A DNA stretch of 63,531 bases, counting the filler, from Octopus bimaculoides (lineage: Eukaryota), in assembly GCF_001194135.2 (NCBI RefSeq). It is 4 parts of 4 records of this genome, joined end to end, with 100 filler letters (N's around TTAATTAATTAA, not from the genome) between each part and the next. Parts side by side here need not be neighbours in the genome. Positions count along the whole stretch, not along the records: positions 1 to 31,671 come from NC_068991.1; 3 more parts are not named here. One strand, written 5' to 3'. Positions within the stretch are counted from its first letter, which is position 1, and each line of letters opens with the position of its first letter. Shown in pieces: positions 14,542 to 27,594 of the stretch. Made by a program: the position numbers and the translations under genes. A model generated the notes under the pieces. It made no database searches. It saw nothing but the letters and a program-made list of their open reading frames with translations, and had not been told where the DNA came from.

Positions 14542-15520
14542 ACACACACACACAAATGTACACATAAAAATTACCAAACAAAATCCAGATGAACAATCAA
14601 ACCTGACTACGTGAGAGTAGGATCACACAATTATGAAATAAAGTCAGTTGAAGAATTTCGGCTAACTTAGTTTATCCACGCATTTAATAGGGAAAAGTTC
14701 GTTTAGGGTGTTTAAACTCTAAAAGCAATGGAGATGCAATGACATCAACAAATCGGAGACTTTAGAAAATAAAGAAAAGAGTAGAGTTCGTAATTAGAGC
14801 CGAATGGTGAAAGTAGTTGACATGTTCATCTATGGCTACGATTTATTCGAGTCGACGAAGGTACTTCCTATTCAGTTGTTCAACTTTCTACATATGGCAG
14901 CTAAATCTAGCTCATACTAAACACTATTGCTTTAATAATGGAAAATGTAGTCCGAGATACACTGTGCTTCACAAATCAAGATGGGTTGATTACCACTGGG
15001 ATGTCTTTCATCATAACCCAATCTGTTGCATAAGGTCTGACATAGAGTAAAAAAGAGAAAAAAAAAATTCTGGTAATCATTTCATTGATCCTGAAGGGGT
15101 AAAAGTAAAATTTGATCAGAACGAAGATATAATGGATTGAGTCTTTTGCTTCGACACAACTTCTTTTGGACTTCGGTCTAACCAATGGTGACACCACGTC
15201 CACGTTAAACTTCGTCTCTCGAAACATCGTTGCTTTTTCTTTTTTTATCTTGTTCACAGAATGGTAGTGAAAGTAATAGCAGGCAGAAGTCTCTCTTAAT
15301 TGCAATATATGCCGCCCCCTGGCTTGGCAATGTACTGGGGCCCATAGTATCTATTTACTAGTAGCAAGCCACGGCATACATAGATTAGCATGAGGTCTCA
15401 AGAAACGTGGGGCTCCCGGTCAATTGCCGAGAGTACCAAAGCTTTAAATTATTGTAGGGCTGCGGTGTGAATGCTCTTTTCTTTTTCCTTTCACAAATGT
15501 ATATTATTTACATTTACGGA

Positions 15521-15550
<30 letters not shown>

Positions 15551-15555
<5 letters not shown>

Positions 15556-15626
15556 TCACTGCCTGGAATCGAACTCGGAATTTTGGGGTTAGTAGCCCAC
15601 GCTCTTAACCACTACGCCATATGCCC
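15551..15626 (-). other. tRNA(Ser)-like Pol III promoter module inside the Penelope-like repeat (not a functional tRNA)
   Basis: Reverse complement GGGCATA-TGGCGTAGTGG(A box)-TTAAGAGCG-TGGG-CTACTAA-CCCC...CCGAG-TTCGATTCC(B box)-AGGCAGTGACC. Further copies at 15890-15947 (A box deleted) and 61727-61797. Confidence 0.7.
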
Positions 15627-16000
15627 GATTACAGAGTGAATTTTAAGGCTTATAAATCTAATATTCTCCTATCCTTGCTTAATACCGGTTCCCATATGCT
15701 GTGGGATGAAGTTAAAATAATAGACAGAGAACACCACTGGAAAATACGAAAACTAAAAGAAGCAGCACATATGCTACGACACAACAATCTCCTAAGCAGA
15801 CCGAGTGCAGATATGAATAGCATATGGGAACCGGTATTAAGGATAGGAGAATATTAGATTTATAAGCCATAAAATTCACTCCATAATTGCTAAGAGCACG
15901 GGCTACTAACTCCAAGATTCCGAGTTCGATTCCAGGTAGTGACCTGAATAATAATAACAACAACATCGAAAAATACCTTAGGAATGAGAAATTTCCCCAA

Positions 16001-16046
16001 GACACCTGAAGAAGGCTGGAGGGTATATCAGCCGAAACGTTGTGTT
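16001..16046 (+). ncRNA. Minimal type I hammerhead ribozyme motif (PLE-type, palindromic stem III)
   Basis: GACAC(stem I)-CTGAAGA-A-GGCTG gagggtatat CAGCC(stem II)-GAAAC-GTT-GTGTT(stem I'). The core is intact, and stem III is the palindrome AACGTT with no loop, as in dimer-dependent PLE hammerheads. Predicted cleavage after 16041. Confidence 0.75.
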
Positions 16047-16124
16047 AACAACAAACAAGATGAGGACATATATCCGTCAAATGTAAATAATGTAAATAAT
16101 ATAGGATTATATTTGTCGACCATA

Positions 16125-16310
16125 AAGCAGGCAGAATCGTTAGCACGCCGGACAAAATGCTTAGCCGCATTTCGTCCATCTTTACGTTCTGAATTCAAAT
16201 GACGCCGAAGTCGACTTTGCCTTTCATCCTTTCGCGATCGATAAAACAAGCAGCAGTTGATCATTGGGATCGATTCCCCAAGATTACTGGTCTTGTGCAA
16301 AAATATGAAA
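16125..16310 (+). mobile_element. SINE family A copy
   Basis: GGCAGAATCGTTAGCACGCCGG...TTCAAAT...GTCGACTTTGCCTTTCATCCTTTCG. Confidence 0.8.
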
Positions 16311-16844
16311 TCATCGTATTTGTCGACCATGAAGAGGTAAAAGATGTAAGGCAAAGTATTTCTCTGCTCTGACAAGTCTGCGAATTCGCGTCTTATTGTC
16401 ACAATTGCCGCAGACAAACATGTTGTTGATGTTTAGCCTCATATGTTCCAACCATGACCCTCCAGTCTTTTAGGAATGCATTTCCCAGTGTTCTAGGAAT
16501 GCATTATCCAGTGTTCTTTCACTTTTAAGATAATGGGTTGTAATTTGGAAAATATTTGGGTGTCATTTCTAACAAACCGACTGACCACGTAGATGCTCCT
16601 ATATCGTCTCAATTACACACATATTGTTATTTAGCTCCAGGCCAGCCTTGATCGAATAGATTTACGATCAAGGCCGTTCAAACTGTGATCGTCCAGTATA
16701 TTTTTGGTCCAGAAAGTGTATCATTATCCTATATGTCCTTCCCTTCTTTTATAATACTATTCAATGTGGTGTAAGTGAGATTTGGCTGTTATTCCTCGCG
16801 GCTCCAGCGAGTCTTTCAGGCTCTCTTGGTAGCGTCAGTAATAT

Positions 16845-16892
16845 GGCCAGGTGTTTGTGTGTTGGTCAGAATGAAATGAATTAAACTGAATA

Positions 16893-16933
<41 letters not shown>

Positions 16934-17094
16934 AAGAAGTAGAAAGAAGAAAATGGGCAGAGGGAGAGAGTAAGAAGACAGAGACCTCTTGCAAGTGAGC
17001 GTGGTTCAAACATAGACATCACATATATCCAGGTATTTTGTTGGTGTTGGCCAGAGTCATGCAAAAACGTAAAGAATGGGTGAGATAGTCAGAG

Positions 17095-17180
<86 letters not shown>

Positions 17181-17423
17181 TAACGGATGAAAGGGAGAGA
17201 GTAGGAGAGGCATTCGGTACAAAACAAATAACCAGGTGTTTGTTGGTGTTGCTCATAGGTAAGAGGAGGAAAAGAGAGAGGGTGATAGAGATAGAGAGAG
17301 AGAGAGAGTGAGAGAGAGAGAGAACGGGGAAAAGAGACAAGGAGAAAGAGGTAAGGAGAGGGAAAGTTTCACTGACTGATAGAGAGAATGGTAATATGAG
17401 GCTGAGAGAAAGAATGAGAATGG

Positions 17424-17461
<38 letters not shown>

Positions 17462-17598
17462 ATTGAGAGAGAGAGAGAAAGAGAGAGAGATAGAGAAAGA
17501 GGTGGGAAGATTTGAACAGCAACTTCCCAGCTGTTTGTTGGCCAAACTTGAAAAGAGAAGTGCGCAATGAGAAAGAGAGAAAAAGAGAGGTTCATAGT

Positions 17599-17639
<41 letters not shown>

Positions 17640-17705
17640 GGAGGTGGAGAGAGAAACAAATGGGAAGAAAGAGGGAGAGGGAGAGAGAAATATAGAGAGA
17701 AGTAT
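16845..17705. repeat. (GA)n-rich field with a recurring CCAGGTGTTTGTTGG motif
   Basis: Motif variants start at 16847, 17029, 17232 and 17527, each followed by (GA)n runs. Confidence 0.8.
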
Positions 17706-19514
17706 TGGGAAAAACAGAATGAAGGAATAGAGATAGAATGATTCGACCAGTTAACTATTTTCATATCCTTTACCTTACACTAGCCCCTGCTATATTGGGC
17801 GGCTTTCCTCCACCACTTTAACGCACCATCACCCANNNNNNNNNNNNNNNNNNNNNNNNNNNNNNNNNNNNNNNNNNNNNNNNNNNNNNNNNNNNNNNNN
17901 NNNNNNNNNNNNNNNNNNNNNNNNNNNNNNNNNNNNNNNNNNNNNNNNNNNNNNNNNNNNNNNNNNNNNNNNNNNNNNNNNNNNNNNNNNNNNNNNNNNN
18001 NNNNNNNNNNNNNNNNNNNNNNNNNNNNNNNNNNNNNNNNNNNNNNNNNNNNNNNNNNNNNNNNNNNNNNNNNNNNNNNNNNNNNNNNNNNNNNNNCACC
18101 ACCACCACCGCCGCCGCAGCCGCCGCCACCACCGCCACCACCACCATCATCACTACCACCGTCTCCACCACAATAGCAACTATGAGTACTTTCAGTAGCA
18201 TCATTCCCCACCACCACCACCACCACCACTAACACCATCCTTAGCATTGGCTTTGGCACTGTTAGACTTTACCAAAGTTGCGTCTTATCTTCTCCGAGAA
18301 CATTCTGTCGTAGGTGGTAGGACGAATTATTATTGTTATTGTTCTATCATTATTATTATTATTATTATTATTATCATTATTATTATTATTATTATTATTA
18401 TTAGACTTTCATTTGTCTGTGTTTTTCTTCGTCTTATTTCAAAATATAATTCGAAGGAAATAAAAAGTTATTTAAAGTAAGTTATTTTTTTTCTTCCTCT
18501 CCTAATCCACACACATATATATACATATATATATTTATATATTAACACACAAAATAAAACAAAACAAAATACTTAAATAAAAAGAAAATACCACCAACAT
18601 CAACAATAAAAGGCAAAAAATAAGAAAGAGAAAGAGAAAGAGGAGAAAGAGAAAGCGAAAGAGAAAAAGAAAGCAGGAAAGAACGAATAAGAACGAATAA
18701 ACATACAAAAATAGAAAACGCAAGAAAAAGAGAGAGAAAGAACATTGCATTCTGGAAACGAGTCTAATTCTTAGAAATTCTCATCAGCTAAATATATATA
18801 TATATATGCACATATAAATATATACATATATACAAATGTATATATGTATTTGTGTATATATGTATGTATAAAACTTTTGCTTCTTACTTAGTATCGCTGT
18901 TTGTACATTATTACTTTTGTTTTTCCACTTGTGCGGATCCAAATTTTGGTAGATCGTTACCTGGAATTTGAACAACTCTTTTATTCCCTCCGAGAATCTC
19001 TACTCGCTTGCTTTACTCACTTCACTCAATCACGCAACCAACAGACAACATATCAATTTAAAGTGAGACAGGTATATCTATCTATTTATCTATCTATCTA
19101 CCTATCTATCTATCTATTATATTATATTATATTGGACAGACAGGAAAAAAAAACTATATAAAATATTTTAAATATATACAATATAAACGTTTGGTAAGTT
19201 ATTATTTTCTATAATTTTGCCGTGTATTTTTCTTTTTCTTTCTTTGTATCTTTAAAAACAAAAATGCTTTTTAACACTGAAAGGGTTTGTGTTTGTATAC
19301 ATGTATTATTTGAGTATGCGTGCGAAATTGCGTAATTATATACAAGCGTGTATGTGTATGTGTGCGCGAGCGAACGAGCTACTCTAGCAATATATTTCAC
19401 GTTTCGTAATTTAGATTACTATTTCGGTTATCTTTATAGGTTTCTCTCACCCCTATCTCTGTCTCTCTACCCGTCTGTCTTACAATCTGTTTGTTTATAT
19501 ACGTATATATCAAC

Positions 19515-19568
<54 letters not shown>

Positions 19569-20347
19569 TTATCTATCTATCTNNNNNNNNNNNNNNNNNN
19601 NNNNNNNNNNNNNNNNNNNNNNNNNNNNNNNNNNNNNNNNNNNNNNNNNNNNNNNNNNNNNNNNNNNNNNNNNNNNNNNNNNNNNNNNNNNNNNNNNNNN
19701 NNNNNNNNNNNNNNNNNNNNNNNNNNNNNNNNNNNNNNNNNNNNNNNNNNNNNNNNNNNNNNNNNNNNNNNNNNNNNNNNNNNNNNNNNNNNNNNNNNNN
19801 NNNNNNNNNNNNNNNNNNNNNNNNNNNNNNNNNNNNNNNNNNNNNNNNNNNNNNNNNNNNNNNNNNNNNNNNNNNNNNNNNNNNNNNNNNNNNNNNNNNN
19901 NNNNNNNNNNNNNNNNNNNNNNNNNNNNNNNNNNNNNNNNNNNNNNNNNNNNNNNNNNNNNNNNNNNNNNNNNNNNNNNNNNNNNNNNNNNNNNNNNNNN
20001 NNNNNNNNNNNNNNNNNNNNNNNNNNNNNNNNNNNNNNNNNNNNNNNNNNNNNNNNNNNNNNNNNNNNNNNNNNNNNNNNNNNNNNNNNNNNNNNNNNNN
20101 NNNNNNNNNNNNNNNNNNNNNNNNNNNNNNNNNNNNNNNNNNNNNNNNNNNNNNNNNNNNNNNNNNNNNNNNNNNNNNNNNNNNNNNNNNNNNNNNNNNN
20201 NNNNNNNNNNNNNNNNNNNNNNNNNNCTATCTGGATGTTTTGTTGTCCCTTTCTTGTATCACCTAAACTGTCTGGATGTTTTGTGTTCTTGTCCTATTCT
20301 GTATTATATATATATATACACACTAACACGCATACACAGATACACAT

Positions 20348-20405
<58 letters not shown>

Positions 20406-20769
20406 GTATGTCATATTATGTGTGTGCGTCAACTGTAACCAACTTTCATAGTTTATTATATAATTTAAGAGAAAAGCATGAATGCCTTAACTTCCACTTC
20501 CCATTAATATTTACCGTTGATTGTAAGATTTGTTTGAAATGTGTGCCTTTATGGCTACTATTTTTCGGTGTATACGTTATTGCTCGTTGCTGTTGCTGTT
20601 TATGATGATGATGATGACTTTTATGTATTCTAGATCGCAGTTTTAATTCTGTGAATGAAAGACAGGTGTCTTAATACACCTATGTATGTATGTATGTATT
20701 TATGTATATATGTATGTATGTATCATTTTATCGGAATTCATTTATATAGGGAGATTCATATACATACAC

Positions 20770-20827
<58 letters not shown>

Positions 20828-20859
20828 ATATATATACATTGTATGTATAAATCTAACTC

Positions 20860-20919
<60 letters not shown>

Positions 20920-21076
20920 TAGAAACAGAGAGGGAGAGAAAGATAGAATGAGAGAGAGATGTATACACAGATACGTATATACCTACGTAACGCGCGCACG
21001 TCCACTCCATACATACACATACATAAGATCGGATTAGTCATTACACAATATAAGCACGTGCTCGTCGCACCAAAAG

Positions 21077-21137
<61 letters not shown>

Positions 21138-21439
21138 GCGCATATTCAGCTATTCTTGTGAAAATTATATCAACCTTTGTTTTTTTACAACTTTCTGTAT
21201 TTAGGGTTTACATACTTTCGCATCTAACAATGCCTTTTAGTAGCAGCGGCAGTAATAATAGTAGCTGTTGTTGTTGTTGTTGTCGTTCTGGACGTCGTTA
21301 TTCTTTTCGTCATCCTTGTTGGTGCTGTTGTTATCGTCGTCGTCATAGTCGTTGTTAGCACCAAATCGGCCTCCATTGAGTAGATCTAAAATCAAAACTG
21401 TGATATCTCGCCATCTTAAAAATATTATTCTTTAATAAT

Positions 21440-21880
21440 ACTTTCTACTATAAGCACAAGGCCTGGAATTTTGGGGGAGGAGGTTAGTCAGTTACATCTA
21501 CCCGGGTACTTGATTGGTGTTTCTTTCATCGATCCCGAAGAGATGAAAAGCTAAATCGACCTCGGCGAAATTTGAACTCAGAATGTACAATCGTTAGCCC
21601 ACCGAACAAAATGCTTAGCAGTATCGGCGTGCTAACGATTTCTGCCAACTCACCGCCTTATTTGTCTGCAATAATGATAATGATCCTTTCTACTATAGGC
21701 ATAGGGCCTGAAATTTGGTGGGAGGAGGATAGTCGATTACATCGACCCTAGTACTCAAATGGTATTTAATTTATCAACCTCGAAAGGATGAGAGGCAAAA
21801 TCGACCTTGGCGGAATTTGAACGAAATGCTGCTAAGCATTTCGCCCGGCGTGCTAACTATTCTGCCAGTTTGGCGCCTTT
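21440..21880 (-). mobile_element. Two tandem SINE family A copies (about 21440-21660 and 21685-21880)
   Basis: Reverse complements of the family A consensus, separated by a TAA/TGA tract. Confidence 0.8.
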
Positions 21881-23842
21881 CCAATAATAATGATAATACT
21901 AAAAAGAGCATTATACATTATAAAAAGGGCATAATATTAAAAAGGGCATCATTTGTTTATTTTAGAAAATTGTTTGCTTCTATTTCTTGTAGATATTTCG
22001 ACTACGTAGTCTCCCTTGTTGGGACGTTGGTGTCTTAAATGTTTTGTGCTGGTGAAGCAAAACTCTAAAGGAGGTAACTAATTCTGGTTTCGGCTCCTTT
22101 GGAATTTATGTCTGAAAAGGGGGAGCTTAAACTGCAAAAGTTGAGTACCTAATGCAAGCATGAGAAACCTGTTAGTGAGACGTGGCACATCATCAAGTGG
22201 GTCGTACAACTAAAAAGGTTCAAGGTAATTTTCGTTTAGTGAACCATTCAGAAAATCCCACAGGTCGCAGTTTGCCCATGACTGGTCTGAAATATCAGTT
22301 TTTAATATGGCAGAAATTTCCTCCGCTCCAATCTGAAGAGAAACTTCAGGACTCGAGTGGGGAAATTGGTTTCAGGTTGGAAAATTCTTTTTATTATCCA
22401 TTATCATTTTTGCTAGGCTTATTATCTTTAATATTGATTTTTGATGATGCTACTATTTAATTAACCTAACGAAATTAATGTCATGCAATAAACTGTGTTG
22501 TGTACAATTCTACATTTAGGTAAGGGTGAGATGAAATTGGAATTGTGGACTAATAAGAGTGGGGTACAGAAAACAGGTTAAGAAACATTGTAGTACGATC
22601 TCATATAATCCACTCCGGGACAGTAAGTTCGTTTTGTGTCTTCAGTTTTGCATTTCTTCTACGGACAAAACGCTAACAGACATTCTACCAGCTTTTCTGA
22701 GATTATTCCTCTCGACTTAGGAAACCATCCCTACGGGCAATCAATGAAGGAGCCTGTATATGGTCACTTGATCTGCTAAAAATAGCAACCAACTATTACT
22801 TAAACTTCATTTTACCGTCTTAAAAATGTAAGAACATGCTGCATAACTTAGACCTGTGCATAATATGCGATTATGCGATGGATTACGACGGAGATGTTAC
22901 ATCTGGAAAACTGGTAAGATGATAAAGATTCGTTTCAGAAAGTCATAGCACTTGATTGAGAAGTCTGTGTAGATCGAACCCGGTCGTTTCGCTTTCAATT
23001 ACGTCGTGCTACGGGTCGGTTTGACAAAGACCGACTTGAAGTCACAGAACAAGTCACAACACCCAACGCCGCCACCACTATCACAACAACAACCGAATAT
23101 TTGAGTCATAACAACCTGGTTCCACGATTTCGTATGCGGCTGCAAGGAATACCTAGCGTCTGAGAGCAAGACACCTGTTCCGTTCATAATGGAATACCTT
23201 GCATTCTTGAGCAAGACATTTGTTTCATTCATAGTTCCTCAATGTGAAATCATTATCCTGAAGCAAGTCGTCAATAACTATTTTATTTTCTTCTGAATCA
23301 CCATTCTGCGAATTCATTTCGAATAGGTTTTAAACTCATGTATCTAGGGGATTTATTGTTTATTGCTTCTTTGTAAATTCTTATAAACAAGGAGCGTAAT
23401 TAAGTCTCCCCCTTCTCTCTGTCACTCACACTCACTCACTCACTCACTCACTAACTCACTCACTCATTATATATCCATGCACATACACACACACACACAT
23501 ACACATATTTTCCTTCCTTTCTTCATCCCTTACCATATGTTTGTTATCTTCTTAATTATTTGAATTCTTCCAATAACAGAAAGAATTGGTTTCTAACAAA
23601 AAAGAAACAACAAAGATAGAAAAAAAAACAGCAAAAAACAAAAACAAGTAAAGCTTCATTGCTGTAATTTTGATAGCAACTTTCAAGGTAACCAACTGAT
23701 ACTCGAACACATTGAATAATTCTTGATTACAAGACAGGATGATCACGGTTGAAATGCCTTTGGTCAAATATTTACTCGACCAGAACTGGTTTGGGAGCTA
23801 AACATCAACGCCAACGGTTTACTGTCAATTTTCATATATCAC

Positions 23843-24035
23843 ATACGGCGATCTGGCAGAATCGTTAGCGCATCGGAAAAAATATATCTTTCCGGCCTTT
23901 TCGTTCTGAGTTCAAATCCCACCGAGGTCAACTATACCTTTCATCCTTTCAGGATCGATAAAATTAGTACCAGTCAAGTACTAGGGTTGATGTTATCGAG
24001 TTACCCCCTTCCATAGGATCAAAATTAGAAAGAAT
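23843..24035 (+). mobile_element. SINE family A copy
   Basis: CGGCGATCTGGCAGAATCGTTAGC...GAGTTCAAATCCC...CCTTTCATCCTTTCAGGATCGATAAA. Confidence 0.8.
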
Positions 24036-24539
24036 TTTATTACATACGGCGGATTACCGAATCGTCAATCTTCAGATAGAATTTAGTTTCCTTTACTTCG
24101 TGAATTCACGCTTCTTGAGGAACCTATTAATTTCCATTAAATTCATTATTGTATAAAATCTGATCTGTTTCCATTCGAACTCCATCAGATCATTTATCAG
24201 TCGAGTCGATAAATTAATTACCAATATCGATACAGTGCAGTCAGTCCTATCAAGCATATGTCAAGCACCTTTCTATATAAACTACTTGGAATAGGTGTCT
24301 AAATATGTGATTGTAATATCTGCATGTCCTATTATCAATTGAGCCATATGGGTACAACTAATATTCTTATCTTCATATAGAGCATATAGTCAGCTTAACA
24401 AAGCCCATACGTCTCTAAGTTAATGAAACATCAGCGTTTTACAGTGCAACCACTGTTTAGGACAGTACTTACTTGCAACAAGATACTAGACCTTTTGTGA
24501 TATGGGTACAATCACAGTGCGCAACTGATGCCTTTGGCC

Positions 24540-24797
24540 ATAACGTTGTTATTATTATCGAGAAAGCAGTGCATGCCATCAAAGTGACACTGGGATACAA
24601 ATATACGAAGCCCAGTATACCCATCCTAATTATGCGTCTGATAAAGATACACCAGGCACATCGCATGCATCACAACCATATGTGTACGACATGGTGATCT
24701 CATATCAAGATAAACAACGCATGACCTTGCAGGTGGAGCCCAGTTAGAATTTTCTTCAGATCGAGTAGTCCATCCCGCTCAAAAGGTCCCTGAATAT
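24540..24797 (-). mobile_element. Partial copy of unclassified repeat family D (reverse complement of part of 36855-37415)
   Basis: About 250 bp of antiparallel match, including GACCTTTTGAG(C/T)GGGATG and GAAGAAAATTCTAACTGG. Confidence 0.75.
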
Positions 24798-25128
24798 CTT
24801 TTTATGTGTATATTGACCAGAACGTACCCTTTGGTAATCCTCACGATGTTTGACGATCTCTCATGGATATTCAAATTTGAAGCATCAGAAAAGACTTCAT
24901 ACACTGGATCAGAAGATACTTCGTCATTAATCAAACGCTGAGTCTTCTACAAAACTGAAACCCATGTTGGAGTAGTATTTGCTCTCGTATCTATGATGAC
25001 ATTGCTGTAGTTAGACATAAACTTAATAAACATTATTTAATAATAAGCAAAAAAAGAAATCCATCCTACTGTTTTGGTAAAGACTCGTTCATCAACATGC
25101 TACAACCACGCTGATAGATGTAAAGTTT

Positions 25129-25163
<35 letters not shown>

Positions 25164-25165
25164 GC

Positions 25166-25208
<43 letters not shown>

Positions 25209-25231
25209 ACTACTACTACTACTACTACTGC

Positions 25232-25297
<66 letters not shown>

Positions 25298-25362
25298 AAC
25301 TACTACTACTACTACTACTACTGCTGCTGCTGCTACTGCTGCTGCTGCTACTACTACTGCTG

Positions 25363-25418
<56 letters not shown>
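25129..25418. repeat. Compound (CTA)n/(CTG)n trinucleotide repeat
   Basis: Direct reading. The block (CTA)n CTG CTG CTT (CTG)n is duplicated. Confidence 0.95.
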
Positions 25419-25894
25419 GTTCCTGCTCTGAAGTAGCAAAGCTGCTGTTTACCCCAAACTTCTCCCGACATGATACAACTCATCATTCTTACCGTATCTC
25501 CCCCAAGTTCCTGCAACCAAAACCATTTGCTAAGTCATTCCTTCCCACAACTAAACTCTCCGGAATTTCCTCACAAATATGTTCGTCGTTGTCCTCTGTT
25601 ATTCAATCCTGGACCAACTCCAGTTGAACACACCTATGATCAATGGCCAATGCCACAACCATCACATTCAGGACCTAACAGAGGGTAATTTAGCCGGTAT
25701 CTCAGTCCAGAGCAGTGACATCCAAGGAGAACCCATGTGAGTATATGACAAGACCCTCATTAAAAAACAAAAAAATTACTGATAACTCCCTTGGATTTGG
25801 AGAGGAAATTCTTTGAGGCCCTATTTAGACTTGTTCTGGCTTGAAATTTTTTTCTAGAGACCTTGATTACGTTTTATTAATTACATGCGTAATG

Positions 25895-26098
25895 AAGGTG
25901 AGCTGGCAGAACGTCGGGAAAACGCTTTGCCGTATTTCTTCCTGAGTTCAAATCCCGTAGAGGTCAAATTCAACTTTCGCCCCTTCTTGGGGTGAGTCAA
26001 TAAAGTACAGGATCAGTCATCTACAAAGGTCGATGGTATCGATCGACTTACCTTCTCATCTCAAAAATTGTTGCCCTTGCGCCTAAGTTAGAAACCAT
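25895..26098 (+). mobile_element. SINE family A copy
   Basis: AAGGTGAGCTGGCAGAA...GAGTTCAAATCCCGTAGAGGTC...TTGCGCCTAAGTTAGAAACC. Confidence 0.75.
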
Positions 26099-26215
26099 GA
26101 CTTACATATATATCTTCTTATGTGTATATTGACCAGAACGTACCCTTTTGGTCTGTAGATTATGATTGTGTGTAGGATGATATTCATGAGAATCTATCTT
26201 GCTCTCCTCTCTCTC

Positions 26216-26247
<32 letters not shown>

Positions 26248-26378
26248 ATGAGTACCTGCTTAATTCATAAGCTAATTCATATATATATACACACACATAT
26301 ACATATATATATCAGCAACTGACTCCAGCATGGCCACATCATTTCGGCTGAAACGTATATGAAGAACAAAAGAACATA

Positions 26379-26409
<31 letters not shown>

Positions 26410-27178
26410 CCAAAGTGTCTGTCTATCTATTCCTATATTGCATTTAAAATACATAGGAGAAAGTTGCAATCACCCATTGGAAACATTAAAGCAGTCATCC
26501 GTTCAGGCAAACAATATCTGCAGTTCTATTTTCGAGCAGATTTCAATAACATGTAATTATGTTCAGTTCATGTAGGACATAGAGCAAAATAATAACGACG
26601 GCGACGTCGACGATGATGATGATGGCTTCTTTTATTTGCCACAGGGACATCAGATGAGGTGGACATTACAAGGACAGTTTACAATTTGCGTGTAGGTTTT
26701 ATATAAAAGATGAAAGGAAAGAAAGAGAAAAGAAGGTGAAAAGTGATAAAAGTCTCCATAGTGTACACAATATGGGAACACATAAATGATGTAGTCCTCC
26801 TGATACGGGGAAACATCTGAGTAGGTTTAATCAAGTAGCCCCACGGTTCCAGGTTCACCCTGGTCGCCAAAGACACAAGCCCTCTGCCCAACAGCTGTTC
26901 TCCAATCTACAGGCGCATGCATAGAGTAGGACCACTCACCCTAACCCTTTTTGCCAATCACCCACACGATTCCTATTGTCTGGAGTACAGTTTGTATAAG
27001 AAAATAGTGGAGTCGATTGAGTGACTTAGAATATTATTATTCGTATATATCTTTCGGAGCTTGGCGTCATTTGCATTGTGAACAGAAAACGTTGACGAAG
27101 ACTTATACAATAAAGAATTTAGTTCACTGCTCTATTCAAACATAACACGCATGTATTTATGTATGAATGTGTGTGTGG

Positions 27179-27224
<46 letters not shown>

Positions 27225-27594
27225 ACGTGTGAATGTATGTATGTATTATTGTATATGTATGTTTGTATGAATGTATGCGTGTGTGTGGCTGTGTGTTATG
27301 TATGTAAGCATGAATGTGTTTGCAAGCATACTTTCTTTTTCTCTTTATAATTTAGAGTTAATTTTGACCGGACGCCAACTTGGTAGCAAGGCTGTGAAGG
27401 AAAGCATCTTATTTTGTCCCTTACCCGTTAAATTTTCAGAATGTGATCATTTATAGCTTATGAATTAAGCAGGTACTCATTACTTGTTCTCTCCTTATTG
27501 GTGGATCCCTCATAGATGACGTTCTCAACCTCTATGTATGTATGTATGCATGTATGTATGTATGTATGCATGTATGTATGTATGTATGTATGTT

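Larger units (their letters stand above)
15551..16100 (+). mobile_element. Penelope-like element 3' fragment (GIY-YIG C-terminus plus pLTR) with an inverted partial copy at its 5' side
   Basis: WDEVKIIDREHHWKIRKLKEAAHM...SIWEPVL (15702-15840) resembles the C-terminal GIY-YIG segment of PLEs. 15551-15700 is the reverse complement of 15819-15947. The pLTR carries CTGAAGA...GAAACGTT. An inverted 5' pLTR is an established PLE hallmark. Confidence 0.8.

Noticed and set aside
11999-14614. Long ORFs of 250-320 aa here and at 7280-8970, 19348-20451 and 39546-40344
   Set aside because: They are artefacts of N gaps translated as X plus dinucleotide repeats.
15551-15626. Functional tRNA gene
   Set aside because: A and B boxes are present, but the acceptor stem does not pair properly and the segment is embedded in a repeated element.
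25074-25516. Poly-Thr/Ala, poly-Ser and poly-Val ORFs
   Set aside because: They are translations of a trinucleotide microsatellite with no flanking coding evidence.
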